A stretch of DNA of 63,771 bases, the filler included, from Craspedostauros australis (lineage: Eukaryota): the NCBI GenBank assembly GCA_030167865.1. It is 5 parts of 5 records of this genome, joined end to end, with 100 filler letters (N's around TTAATTAATTAA, not from the genome) between each part and the next. Parts side by side here need not be neighbours in the genome. Positions count along the whole stretch, not along the records: positions 1 to 31,411 come from JALAGF010003848.1; 4 more parts are not named here. One strand, written 5' to 3'. A program made the translations under genes and the position numbers. Numbering within the stretch: position 1 is the stretch's first letter; every line of letters starts with the position of its first letter. Under the pieces are notes generated by a model, which did no database searches, was not told the DNA's origin, and worked only from the letters and a program-made list of their open reading frames with translations. This document shows, piece by piece, positions 11,558-22,313 of this stretch.

Positions 11558-12246
11558 ACTCCAAACAGGAAGCGTAAATGCTATTGTATCTTCTTTCGTG
11601 TATGGTTTGCAACTTGTGCAGCAGAGAAGTGATCCAAGCTTCCTATGCGTGGTTCGTCCTTTGCGCTTAGATCCACCATAGCTCGCACAAGAACGACCAA
11701 ATAACTTTGCTGCCCCGCCTCTGGGAAATATTGTACACAATACTGCACTGCTATTGCAGAGCTACCAAATGCTCTGATCCTGGAAGGTACCAATGCATTG
11801 TATGGTACTCTAGTACGTACTCGTACGTGCGTATAGTATGTATCTCATTTGCCATGCCCAAGATGCCAACAAGGAGGTTCCGCCATTCGCCGTTGCCTGC
11901 GAGGGCACATGCACAACGATTCCCACGACACCAACGCGCCCGCGTCAATGACTCGTGAGTCAACACAAGACTGGAGTTGTTCCTCCAAGGAGGACGAATT
12001 CCTTGTTCGTGTTCTGCGCATTTCTCCGACGGATCTTTTCTCATTCGCCCCTTCTCCGACCTTGGTTCCCTCATCGGCTGGGCTCTGCTGCTACCATACG
12101 ACTATACTCGCGCACACCAATACTCGAAGAGTGTAATGCTATCCACAGACCGTCGCAGTGGACCATTTCGGCATCACGCTTGCTTTCTGCGGTAGAAGAA
12201 GCGCAGCTTTCGATCTCTTGATACAGATGCAGGTGCAAACATAAAC

Positions 12247-12287
12247 GCAAAGGCAAGAGCAAAGGCAAGAGCAAAGGCAAGAGCAAA
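12247..12287 (+). repeat. 12-nt tandem repeat (GCAAAGGCAAGA)x3
   Basis: Directly visible just upstream of the GT31 start. Confidence 0.8.
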
Positions 12288-12299
12288 TGCCATTGCCAG

Positions 12300-14030
12300 A
12301 TGACGGCTGATGCGAAATCGAGGCATCGATCGATTGCCGGCACCGGAGCCCGCGTGGCCTCCAGGTCGCCTGGGTGGCACTTCAAGCGAACGCGCAAGGC
12401 GGCGACCAGCAATGGCATCGATCGTGCTGCTGGGCGAAAGGTATCGTGGGTTGCACTCCGAATTGCTGTTGTGGTTGCGCTGTGCCTGGTGATGTTCACG
12501 TTCATGTTCATGTTCATGAAGGTATCAGTTGGCGCGGTCGATCGCAATGAGGCGGCACAAACCAAGACAGCGAGTCCAGGCAGCTATCCTCTTATCAGAA
12601 AGAATCAACGATTGCTCAAGAACGGCGAGCGCAGAATCAATCCTGTTCGCACAAGCCTCCATCCACAAGCGATGGACGACAACATGAAACGCAACGATGT
12701 TCCTCCAGCTGGTGCAGACAACAATGCGGACAACGATGCAGAAGAACTGTCACCTTTTCGCCGAGGCTTAGATGCGACGTACGATCACATCAAGCACATG
12801 GCGGTCAAGGCAGACACTGCGCGTACTACTAGAAGCAACGGAGCCCAAGAGTACCATCATCATCTTGATGACCAGCATCACGAGAATTCCGACCCATTTC
12901 GAGAGCGAAGCACATTCCTCCCACCTCCAACATGCGATGTCGCCACCGAAGATGGGATGGCAAACGCAGTGGTCCTCGTGCTCTCAGATCAGAAGAACTT
13001 CATCCGAAGGCAAGCCATCCGTGAAACTTGGGGCGAAGGAAGGTCGAACGTGTTCTTCGTTGTAGGCCATTCCAATTGCCACAGACGCAACCGCCATGCC
13101 GAAGAGGATCCAGCGGAGTCCTCGATCTTGGCTGCATTCCGATCGTCTACACGAACTGATGGGCATCAAGTCCGTGGCAGCGTGGATGTGAGTGCAAAGA
13201 CAAGTGCCGGCAGAAATGAGCACCACAACGGCAATGGAAACGAGAGTGACCCATGCATTGACCACGATAGACGATTGCTGATCGAAGAGCAGCTGGAGTT
13301 CAACGATCTCATAGAGGTTCCCCACGTGGAGCACTACCGCGGCCTCGCCGAAAAGTTGTTGCATGCTTACCGATGGGCAGTCCAAGCAGCATGCAAGCAT
13401 GGTGACCAGCAGAATCACTTTCAGTGGTTCGTGAAGGTCGACGACGATACGTTTGTGCGAATGGACGACATGACCAGATTCCTCACAAGCCACGACTTTT
13501 CTGAGCCCACGGTGATTGGCAAGCTAGTGTCGAACGCCAAAGTACAGCGCACTGGCAAATGGGCAGAGCAGATGGAGGACTTTCCACATCCGTTTTATCC
13601 CAAGTGGCCCAAGGGAAGCGCGGGTCACATCATTTCACGTCCCATCGCGACCTACTTGGCTTCCCACATCAACAGCCTGCATCGATTCCAAGGAGAAGAT
13701 GCGGCACTTGGCATCTGGGTGGATGATGCGGCAAGTCCGTCAGAAACAGAACCGGCAGAAGCTGCCAAGCTGACACACCAAGGCCCGATACGCGGTGCTC
13801 GTCAGTCTGGCGATACAAATCTCGATAACGGCAACGCGAGACTCGGGCATGGAATATCGGAGGCAGGGCTGGGACATGTTGTCTATGTGGACGCAGAAGG
13901 ATTCATGACGGATGCTGGCCAGTCCGTGTGTGTCTACCACCATTACTTCGTGGTTGGGCACAACTTGGATCCTGACCAGCAGCGACTTTGTCATACCATG
14001 CCAAAGCAAATGTCGCTCGATGAAGTATGA
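12300..14030 (+). CDS. Glycosyltransferase family 31 (beta-1,3-galactosyltransferase-like), type II membrane protein
   Basis: N-terminal TM segment (IAVVVALCLVMFTFMFMF); motifs RRQAIRETWG, FVKVDDDTFV (DxD), YPKWPKGSAG, GEDAALGIWV. Confidence 0.9.
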   Translation: MTADAKSRHRSIAGTGARVASRSPGWHFKRTRKAATSNGIDRAAGRKVSWVALRIAVVVALCLVMFTFMFMFMKVSVGAVDRNEAAQTKTASPGSYPLIRKNQRLLKNGERRINPVRTSLHPQAMDDNMKRNDVPPAGADNNADNDAEELSPFRRGLDATYDHIKHMAVKADTARTTRSNGAQEYHHHLDDQHHENSDPFRERSTFLPPPTCDVATEDGMANAVVLVLSDQKNFIRRQAIRETWGEGRSNVFFVVGHSNCHRRNRHAEEDPAESSILAAFRSSTRTDGHQVRGSVDVSAKTSAGRNEHHNGNGNESDPCIDHDRRLLIEEQLEFNDLIEVPHVEHYRGLAEKLLHAYRWAVQAACKHGDQQNHFQWFVKVDDDTFVRMDDMTRFLTSHDFSEPTVIGKLVSNAKVQRTGKWAEQMEDFPHPFYPKWPKGSAGHIISRPIATYLASHINSLHRFQGEDAALGIWVDDAASPSETEPAEAAKLTHQGPIRGARQSGDTNLDNGNARLGHGISEAGLGHVVYVDAEGFMTDAGQSVCVYHHYFVVGHNLDPDQQRLCHTMPKQMSLDEV

Positions 14031-14345
14031 CTGCCGGAGCACATGGCGTAGCGTGGTATGGCTTGACGTGACGTGACGTGTTGCTAGGTAGGTAGATGGT
14101 GGGGAACAGCGTGTCAACGCGTGTCATAACCGTCATGAACCAACAGCTATGTAGCAGCGAGAAGTCACTACGTCTCGAATAGATCGTCCAATAGAGCAGA
14201 GTAGAGTACATATGGTAGAGTGGAGAAAATCGAAGATCCAAAGCGAAAAGTGAATCTCTGTCACATACAATATCAACCGAGCATGGTGTAATACTGGTAG
14301 TAGGACATGGCATCAGCGTCTGTAGCGGGCATACACATTAATTGT

Positions 14346-15197
14346 TTACATGTAGTGACGCCTCTCCAGGAATCTCCGAAAGTACAGAACCTGTCCGATT
14401 GCAATGACGATGAGCAGAATGACCTCCGCGCACACCCAGACGAGCAGCTGATCGAAGGTGGATTCCACGAGATCCCGATGCTTCCCCTCCCTGACGCGCA
14501 TGTACTCCTGATGGTTGAGCAGGCCGTCGAGTCTGGAGTTCAACGATTCGGCCCTCATGAGCAGCTTGTCGTTGGTGTCTAGAATCTCCTTGTGTATCTT
14601 GCGTGGCGTCACGGACCAATGGAGACCGATCGTCCTCTGCAGATGATCCGACGCGGGTGCGTATGCGCTGGATGAGCGTCTGTCGCCGAAGCGTGATCCG
14701 TTCTGGACGCAGATGGAGATCCTTCGCTGGTGCGGTTCCGGCGTGATGGAGAACTTGCCGTTGCGCACGCGACGCGGTGATCGGTACAGCATCCGGCCAG
14801 TCTCGGTGTCACCCAGATTCACGACCACGGGATCGGGCGTCAATCCATCATCGAGCAATTCGAAGGTGCCTTCAATGTTGCATGGCTTGTCTGGGTTGAG
14901 GACGATGACAAGGCATTCCTCCTCTTCGGGTGGCAACGATATGACGATCGACGCCTGCGACTTGGGCAGCAGCCACGCCATGAGCAGGATGAGCGTCGAG
15001 CACAGCAGGGATCGAAGCGGGGAATTGTGACGGCCGCGGCCGCGTTGATACCTTTGGCGGCGGGAGCGAGGGATGTGCTGCGACTGGATCATTGACGGTG
15101 ACTTTGGCGGTGACTTTGACTGGGTCTGTGACAGTGGCTGCGAGGCTTCACGCCGTTGACCGCGTTTGTGCTGACTTTGTGTTGGTGAGATGGTCAT
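14346..15197 (-). CDS. p24/emp24/gp25L GOLD-domain trafficking protein (start uncertain)
   Basis: Signal-like hydrophobic stretch, EEECL...ICVQN GOLD cysteines, HQEYMRVREGKHRDLVEST coiled coil, TM and QVLYFRRFLE tail. Confidence 0.85.
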   Translation of the reverse strand: MTISPTQSQHKRGQRREASQPLSQTQSKSPPKSPSMIQSQHIPRSRRQRYQRGRGRHNSPLRSLLCSTLILLMAWLLPKSQASIVISLPPEEEECLVIVLNPDKPCNIEGTFELLDDGLTPDPVVVNLGDTETGRMLYRSPRRVRNGKFSITPEPHQRRISICVQNGSRFGDRRSSSAYAPASDHLQRTIGLHWSVTPRKIHKEILDTNDKLLMRAESLNSRLDGLLNHQEYMRVREGKHRDLVESTFDQLLVWVCAEVILLIVIAIGQVLYFRRFLERRHYM

Positions 15198-15568
15198 GGC
15201 GGGTATAATGCTTGGGTGGCTGATACCGTGCCAGTGCGAGTCGAGCAACGTAGAGTTGGGTAATGTAGAGTCGGGTGATGTAGAGTGGAGTATGGTGGAG
15301 CAGAGCAGAGTATGGTACGTGTGGTACTCTCTAGAGAGTGCAGAGTTGCATGGGTTGGAGTACACGTCGGTTGGAGTGAACAGGCTCTGTCGGTTGGTCC
15401 GGATTGTCACTCTTCGGCGAAGTGACTTGGAAGCTGTCTTCTGCCGATGTCGATGTTGTTGTCGATGTTGTTGTCGATACCGATGTTGATGCTCTTCGCT
15501 TGTGCTTGCACGAGAGAATACACCAAGATCCGTCGGCTTCTTCCGAGCTAGTGTAGTTGTGGTTCGTC

Positions 15569-15597
15569 GGATGGATGGATGGATGGATGGATGGATG
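15569..15597 (+). repeat. (GGAT)n microsatellite
   Basis: About 7 tandem GGAT units. Confidence 0.85.
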
Positions 15598-16790
15598 GGC
15601 AGATAGATCGGAACAGACAATCATAAATCTGTCCTCTGCAGTGCACTGGGTGTTCAGGTGCTTCCTCCCTCTCCCCCCTTTGGTCATTGTCATCTCACCT
15701 GGGTTGGATCCAACACCAGAGCCATCGCGATCACAAGAAAACCGTGACAAGGCACAAGACAGCCACTGCTTGGAGGAAGGGCGATGGCGAAGTCACAAAC
15801 ACAGACAAACCACGAAACACTTCTTTTTTGGCGGCAGAGTCTGGCCTTCTGTCCGTCATCCAATGAATCGATCGAAACGACACAACAAATAAATGCCCAA
15901 CACGCCAACGACACGATTGGAGGCGATGGATGTTGCCTTGTTCCGTGGGTGTTGTCGATGCCTCTCTGTCTCTGTTTTGGTTGCTTCGCTACTTCGTTGC
16001 TTCGTTGCTTGGTTGATGGTCCTCAAACACAAAAACGGTGACTGATCGCCACACCGAAATCGAAAGCAACAGAATCCGCGGCACCTCTTTGAGACGACAG
16101 GACAGGCTGCACACCAGACAGCAGGTCATTGATTCCACGTTTTGTATCACGAGGTGCACCTGAAATTCGACAGACATAGACGCTGCCAATCAATTGGCAC
16201 AGGTACCATACCCGAACGCGTCCTCCCTCCGAGCATTGACGTCAGTGTCGCTGGTACGACTACGACTATCAGCACGAGGGACTCTGGTCCAACAGCAATC
16301 ACGTCGGTGGGAGACTTGTGACAACCACATCAGCCGCATCAGACAGTGGCAGCAGAGTCGCATTGCCTCGACGAAAGTCATTCCATGCTCTACTTCTCAG
16401 AGTCCACCATCCAACCCCAGAGTTGCCACCGCCACTGTCATTACATCCGCATCACATCTATCATACATCACATCCGCAACATTGCCCAGCACGGCCCAGC
16501 ATTGGAGCGATTTATTGCAGCCAAAGCACCATCCAGAATACACCATCCTCGCACATATTACACCACAGAGCATTGGTGACACTCCACGCCCATCACATAT
16601 CTTACCATACAGCACATATTATACATCACAAACATCACACATTCGTCGCACCGAAAGAAGCCATCCAGTGAACGTCTGTGTGTGAAGGTCTGTGGTCCGT
16701 GGTCTGCGGCTGCTGAAATCAAACCAAACTACTCGAAATCGAAGGGACGGCCAACCATCATCCGCAAAAAGCGAGGCGAAGCGAGCAACA

Positions 16791-19700
16791 ATGACGTCTC
16801 AACCAGAAGATGAATCCCCGCCCCCTCCGCCCCCACCACCGACAACGGATTCGCCCGCAACTCCCCCGAAACCTTTTGACTTGGAAGAGCTGAGGCGGCA
16901 CAACGAAGACATGATCAAGCAGAAGGAAAGAGACTTCATACTAGTCGACGAGGTCGAATGGGCCAACGACGTGCCCGACAGCCAGATGGTCGGCGAGATG
17001 ATGAGGCGCCCACGCTCGGATCCCATGGGCGATCAGTGCAGCTGCATCCCGATCAGAAGCGACGATTCGGAGGACGGCCACGTCGAGATATGCTGCCTCG
17101 ACGGAGATTGCGAACTCTACGCCTGCATGGAGGAATGCGGGCCCAGCTGCCCCACTGGCCAGTACTGCGGGAACAAACGCCTGCAAAACAAGCAGTGGAA
17201 GCCGCTCAAGTTATTCGAAACCGAGAAAAAGGGCCTCGGTCTCAAGGTCTTGGAGGACACCAAGAAGGGGGACCTCCTCACCGAGTACGTCGGCAGGGCC
17301 ATTCCAAAATCCTACGTCAACCGCCTATTCCGAACCTACCGCAATGAGCGCAAGCTCTACATCATGTCGCTGGACAACACCACGTATCTCGATGCTCGGC
17401 ACAAGGGAGGCATCGCGAGGTACATCAACCATTCCTGCGAGCCGAACTGCCTGGTTGAGAAATGGAAGGTCCGAGGCATCAATCGAAATGCCATCGTCGC
17501 CAAAACGGACATCGCTGCTGGGACGGAGTTGTCGTTCGATTACCAATGGGAGCTGCGCCGGGGAAGGGCGCCCACCAAGTGTCACTGCGGGGCACCGACG
17601 TGTCGCGGAACGCTCGAACTGCCAAAGTCGCTGGAGGAGGAGCAGCTCGAGGCCAGTCTGTCCGCGCATTGGAAGAAGCCGTTCCTGCAGCAGCCGGGGA
17701 AGGAGATCATCAACCGATCCATCCAGATCTTCAGCAAGGAGACCCAGCAGTACTTTTGGGGAGACGTCACGCAGTACAACCCGGACAACAGGATGCATCT
17801 TGTCATGTACCGGCACGATCATGAAGAGGTTTGGGAGGACCTCAAGAATGAGGATTGGATGATACTGGACGAACAAGCTGAGCAATTCATCATCAGCAAA
17901 AAGATTAAGGCCGCCCCGACGCTCACAAAGAGTCTCCTGACCGCGTCCAACCTCACTGGCAACCTTCCCAACAAGACCCACATATTCGTCCAAACTCCCA
18001 TCAAGGAAAAATTCGACGAGCTCAATGTCATCGACGACTGTCGCCGCAAGTGCCAGGTGACCATCTCGGTCACGCAGATGTGCAAACCTCCGCTGGGTCC
18101 TACGACGCCAGAGGAGGTGGAGAAGTTCAAGGCGCTGGAACAATCGACCGACGGGTCGGTGTGGAAGGTCCTCGTGTTTGGGTCGGATGTGATACGAGCA
18201 ATGAACATCCTGACCAAGACGCAGGAGTATTGGGCGGAGTGGTTCCAGAAGGCGGAGAAGGAGCAATCGAATGGCATCGCCAAGAATCCGGCGGATTCGC
18301 TTGCTGCAGGAGACAAGGGCGATGGATCAACCGGCCAGCGCAAATTCACGGCCGAATTGATCATGCCCCGATCAATAGTCGCAGACGTCAATCTGCGAAT
18401 GCCGGCCATACGAGATCGATGCCGCAATGTGAGCATCGCGTTCGCACCGTCCGAATCCAAGAGCAAGCTGATTGCGAGACTCCTGGTAGAGGCGACCTTG
18501 CTTTCGGACCTCGACATGGCCAAGGAGCATCTGTGGACGCAGGTGTTGCACTGCTGCGGCGAAAAGAAGACGCCCAAAACAGCGCACAACATCTACAAAG
18601 ACCTGGGCTTCCTCGGTGGATCGCTAACTCACTCGCAGCTTGATCTCCTCATGGGTAGCGGATCATCGCACACATCAGGAGGAGGCAATGGGCTCAAGCA
18701 GGTTCGGGACCGACGAGCGCAGGGCGTCAGTGAAGATCTGAAGAGCAAGGCCCCATTCTTTGCTTCCTTCGAGACCACCCAGCGGTGCAGCATATGGGTG
18801 CAAGTCCCATCCGACAAGGGACGGATCGACACTGCCAACAGGCGCGTCGCTGAATCTGACCCGCTCGGGCCACGCAAGGTGTACTTCGGCTGCGACCCCA
18901 AGGAAGTACCGAAGATCTGGACCTTGATCAGCACACGGGCAGCTGAGCTGTCGAGGGGTGTCAGGTACCTCCACCTGGGCGCGGACAGAATTTACCAGCC
19001 GTACATGATGAGAAACGGCGGCGCTTTCTTCGATTTGGTCCACAAAGTCACTGGGGCGTCTGTATCCGTCGACTCGATGACAGGCGACCATCTGCGAGTG
19101 GATGGGAAGGGGGCTGAAAGACCGGTGGTAATTGACGGTGACAATGCAGTTGACTCGATGTCAGAGCAAGACCGGGCTTCGCTCGCAGAAGAGCTGATTC
19201 GGTTGCAAGTCGAAACGTACCGCGATCACGGCATTCGAAAGCACGCTTGGATGTTTGGGCGTGATTGGACTCTGGCCCATCAGGCACCGACCAAATCATC
19301 CGGTTCTCCTTCGCAAGCAAACGACGGCCACGCAGTGCCAAATCACAGCTCGGTCGCGCCATCGCCCTCGATGCAGCAAGGATCGCCATTCGACGGGCGG
19401 GTCGTGTCGAATGCATGCGTGGAAATCGCCGACATTGTTGATACGTTGGACCACAAACCAACCGTCGCCGTTCATGCCGTCATCATCTTTTATCGATACC
19501 TCAGCGTAACGAAGCAAACCATCGAGCAGCGATCTGCCTTGCGGATAAAAGACTTCGAGTTGGCATGCCTCTTCATCGCGAACAAGTCGCAGAAACTGGT
19601 CCGTTGGAAGACGCTGGAGCAGGTCCTGGAAGCTGCGTACGCCATCTTCTACCCTGGCAGTCTCTTCGATTCGGCAAAGGAGGAAGTATCGGTGCTGGCT

Positions 19701-22313
19701 GAAAGAGTCGTGGCGGCAGAAAAGGAGATTCTCGCTACTCTCGATTACGACGTGTTCTGGAAAGGACTTGACTGGATGGTTGATGCCGCCGCCAGTCCGA
19801 ACGCCAACATCGCGAACGAGAAGACTGCAAAGTCGGCGCTGCGCTTCGTCTGCAGTTCCCCGATCCTCGCTTCCGGCCCCGCAGTATGGCTGAAGCATGG
19901 CGCCGAATACGTGTTCGCTGCAGCCCTTGCCTTCATGCAGGTGAATCTCGAAAATATGTTTCTTGTGCTAAGATTGGTACCCGTCAAGGTCCATCAAGTG
20001 GCAGAAACAATCGCTGCGTTCGTGAATACGACAGCTTTCATTTCGAAGAAGAGCCCCGTCCATCAGCAGCTGCGCGATGCGTCTGCCAGAAAGCAGCTAT
20101 CAAATATGCTGCCCATGATCAGCAATATCTGCTTCGACTGCATGACACGCGGCATCACGGGAGCCATTGGTGGCCCCGTGAGGTCCACCCAAGCTGAGAT
20201 GAGGTACTGGGTCACGAGCACCCGCGCCAGGAAACGAAGGGCGTTTCTTGGCCTTCCGCGAGACCTGGTCAAGTCCTGCATCATCCCTGAGATGGATGGT
20301 GTCATTGCCGAGAGCGGGTGCAACATCATGGTGGAGAAGAACCCGGATGGTGTGTCAGAAGATATCGTGTTGGAGGGATCGTGGAGATCGCTGGCCATCG
20401 CAGAGCACTTGCTGCAGGAGACCGTGAAGAGGCGCCAAGGGCATGGCCTGTCGGATGCGAGAGATGCCGAATCAAACGGGCCCAACGATACGATCATGCA
20501 GTCCAAGCTTTGGGCGGGGCTGCTGTGCATGGAGGACATCGGGACGTCCGACGGTTGGCTGGGGACGGTTCAGTCGAGCCTTGTCGACGATCAGAGCTGG
20601 GGACGCAAGACGGGCGGAAAGTGCGCACTGCCAGCAAAAGTTGCGGAGCAGCACCTTCGGAATGTCGGGATGAGATGGTGGATACCGCCTCGGTTGGGAC
20701 AGAGTTCGTCGGGCTCCATCTGCGACATGTTCTTGGTGAGGACAGCCAACGGACAAGAATTCGATGCACTCTCAGAAATCTCCAACGCCTTCGCCAGTAC
20801 ATCGACCGACCTGCCCACTCTGAACAAGTTGGGAAAGGGCACGTCGAAGCCGAAAGAGCGGCACATGGCGGTGTCATTACAGCGCTGGCCACCTGAGAAG
20901 ATGTCGAAGAGAGAGCTTGCCTTCCTGAAGGAAAGGGGGAGGCCGAAGAAGGATGCAGCACGAGTGCAACCACGTAAGAATGACAGCGTGCAGCAAATGG
21001 GATTTTCTTCCTACGCTCTTCAGGAGATGCAGCTCCTCAACAGCCTGCACAAACTCATCCGATCGCCATGCGGCCATCCCAACTTCGTGCTCCCTGTGGC
21101 CATCGCGGACGCCGCCAGCAAGAACGATAACAACGACAGCAATCCAAGCGCGAAGCATGCCGGCAAAGATATCAGCCGATCCATCGAGGAAGACATTTTC
21201 TCTTTGACCAGAACGAGCGAGGAGAATGAGCTTGCCGCACAGAAGGAACGGCGGCGCAAGGACATGCTGAGCGGTCCGCATCTGCTGTTCCAGCCAAGTC
21301 CGTTCATCCTGCAAAAATTCATGGCCAGAAAGAAGCCCTGTGACTCTGCGGTCGGTGATGTTGGTGGTGGTGATGGTGGTGGAAACGAGCGTAAACATCT
21401 CAGCCCGGTGATTTTGGTGTCCTGGTTCCACGATCTGATCTCGGCCTTGGCTCACTGTCACTCCAACAACGTCCTGCTACGGAATCTGGCCAGCGATCAG
21501 ATCGTTGTCGACCACAGCGGGGTTGTCAAGATTGCCAACCTGTATCGATCGACTGTCTGCAGCGATGAAGACGCCCACGCTGATCCGGTGAAGCTTTGCG
21601 AGAATGACAAGGAGCGACACAGGAAGATCAAGAAGTCCAGATCCGGTGAGGACAAGGGACCCATGAGCAGCCCTTACGAGGCCCCCGAGATGTTGCTTGG
21701 TTCGCCGAAGCACACCATGGAGACGGACGTGTGGGCGATGGGATGTCTGCTGGCCCATCTCCTTCTCCGCAGGCCCCCCTTCACGCACCGGGATCGCGAG
21801 TCCATGATGCGCGCGATCTGCAAGGTCGCCGGGACGCCGTCGAAGAAGCAATTTCGAGACCTCACGAGGTTTCCGTACTACGGCCAAATCAAGGGGGAGA
21901 AGAAGTACAAGCGCAACATCGAGCGGATGTTCCACATGGACGAGAACGACCGTCGCACCTACCAGGGGGCGATCGATCTGATCAGCGAGATGCTGAAGAT
22001 GGACCCGAAAGAGCGCATCTCGGCATCGCAGGCTCTGAACCATCCGTACATGGCCGAGTTTGTGAGCAACAGCGATTCCACGTTGTTCCGCAGACACTTC
22101 GTCGAGGACTGGATGTCGCTGAAGGGCAGCGTGATGGGCGACGCGAAGAGGAAGGACGACGAGATGCGGGAGCACGAAAAGGGCATCAAGCGCAAGGCGA
22201 TGCTGCTGGCGGCCACGTCGGCGGCGCCGTCCGAGGTTGGCACGGATGACCTGTACAATGTTGATGACATTCTGAACATCACATCGTCATTCCCCAAGAA
22301 GCGCAAGAGCTGA
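16791..22313 (+). CDS. Set2/ASH1-like histone methyltransferase (AWS-SET-postSET) fused to Tudor-like, KH-like, cyclin-like and CDK-like pseudokinase domains
   Basis: AWS cysteine cluster; KKGLGL, TEYVG, ARYINHSCEPNC, ELSFDYQW, CHCGAPTCRG. Cyclin box: AVIIFYRY...LACLFIANK...AAEKEILATLDYD. Kinase: YEAPEMLLG, DVWAMGC, DPKERISASQALNHPY. Confidence 0.88.
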   Translation: MTSQPEDESPPPPPPPPTTDSPATPPKPFDLEELRRHNEDMIKQKERDFILVDEVEWANDVPDSQMVGEMMRRPRSDPMGDQCSCIPIRSDDSEDGHVEICCLDGDCELYACMEECGPSCPTGQYCGNKRLQNKQWKPLKLFETEKKGLGLKVLEDTKKGDLLTEYVGRAIPKSYVNRLFRTYRNERKLYIMSLDNTTYLDARHKGGIARYINHSCEPNCLVEKWKVRGINRNAIVAKTDIAAGTELSFDYQWELRRGRAPTKCHCGAPTCRGTLELPKSLEEEQLEASLSAHWKKPFLQQPGKEIINRSIQIFSKETQQYFWGDVTQYNPDNRMHLVMYRHDHEEVWEDLKNEDWMILDEQAEQFIISKKIKAAPTLTKSLLTASNLTGNLPNKTHIFVQTPIKEKFDELNVIDDCRRKCQVTISVTQMCKPPLGPTTPEEVEKFKALEQSTDGSVWKVLVFGSDVIRAMNILTKTQEYWAEWFQKAEKEQSNGIAKNPADSLAAGDKGDGSTGQRKFTAELIMPRSIVADVNLRMPAIRDRCRNVSIAFAPSESKSKLIARLLVEATLLSDLDMAKEHLWTQVLHCCGEKKTPKTAHNIYKDLGFLGGSLTHSQLDLLMGSGSSHTSGGGNGLKQVRDRRAQGVSEDLKSKAPFFASFETTQRCSIWVQVPSDKGRIDTANRRVAESDPLGPRKVYFGCDPKEVPKIWTLISTRAAELSRGVRYLHLGADRIYQPYMMRNGGAFFDLVHKVTGASVSVDSMTGDHLRVDGKGAERPVVIDGDNAVDSMSEQDRASLAEELIRLQVETYRDHGIRKHAWMFGRDWTLAHQAPTKSSGSPSQANDGHAVPNHSSVAPSPSMQQGSPFDGRVVSNACVEIADIVDTLDHKPTVAVHAVIIFYRYLSVTKQTIEQRSALRIKDFELACLFIANKSQKLVRWKTLEQVLEAAYAIFYPGSLFDSAKEEVSVLAERVVAAEKEILATLDYDVFWKGLDWMVDAAASPNANIANEKTAKSALRFVCSSPILASGPAVWLKHGAEYVFAAALAFMQVNLENMFLVLRLVPVKVHQVAETIAAFVNTTAFISKKSPVHQQLRDASARKQLSNMLPMISNICFDCMTRGITGAIGGPVRSTQAEMRYWVTSTRARKRRAFLGLPRDLVKSCIIPEMDGVIAESGCNIMVEKNPDGVSEDIVLEGSWRSLAIAEHLLQETVKRRQGHGLSDARDAESNGPNDTIMQSKLWAGLLCMEDIGTSDGWLGTVQSSLVDDQSWGRKTGGKCALPAKVAEQHLRNVGMRWWIPPRLGQSSSGSICDMFLVRTANGQEFDALSEISNAFASTSTDLPTLNKLGKGTSKPKERHMAVSLQRWPPEKMSKRELAFLKERGRPKKDAARVQPRKNDSVQQMGFSSYALQEMQLLNSLHKLIRSPCGHPNFVLPVAIADAASKNDNNDSNPSAKHAGKDISRSIEEDIFSLTRTSEENELAAQKERRRKDMLSGPHLLFQPSPFILQKFMARKKPCDSAVGDVGGGDGGGNERKHLSPVILVSWFHDLISALAHCHSNNVLLRNLASDQIVVDHSGVVKIANLYRSTVCSDEDAHADPVKLCENDKERHRKIKKSRSGEDKGPMSSPYEAPEMLLGSPKHTMETDVWAMGCLLAHLLLRRPPFTHRDRESMMRAICKVAGTPSKKQFRDLTRFPYYGQIKGEKKYKRNIERMFHMDENDRRTYQGAIDLISEMLKMDPKERISASQALNHPYMAEFVSNSDSTLFRRHFVEDWMSLKGSVMGDAKRKDDEMREHEKGIKRKAMLLAATSAAPSEVGTDDLYNVDDILNITSSFPKKRKS

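Noticed and set aside
14064..14080. (TGACG)x3, resembling bZIP/aureochrome binding sites
   Set aside because: Lies in a 3' region between convergent genes; best explained as a microsatellite.
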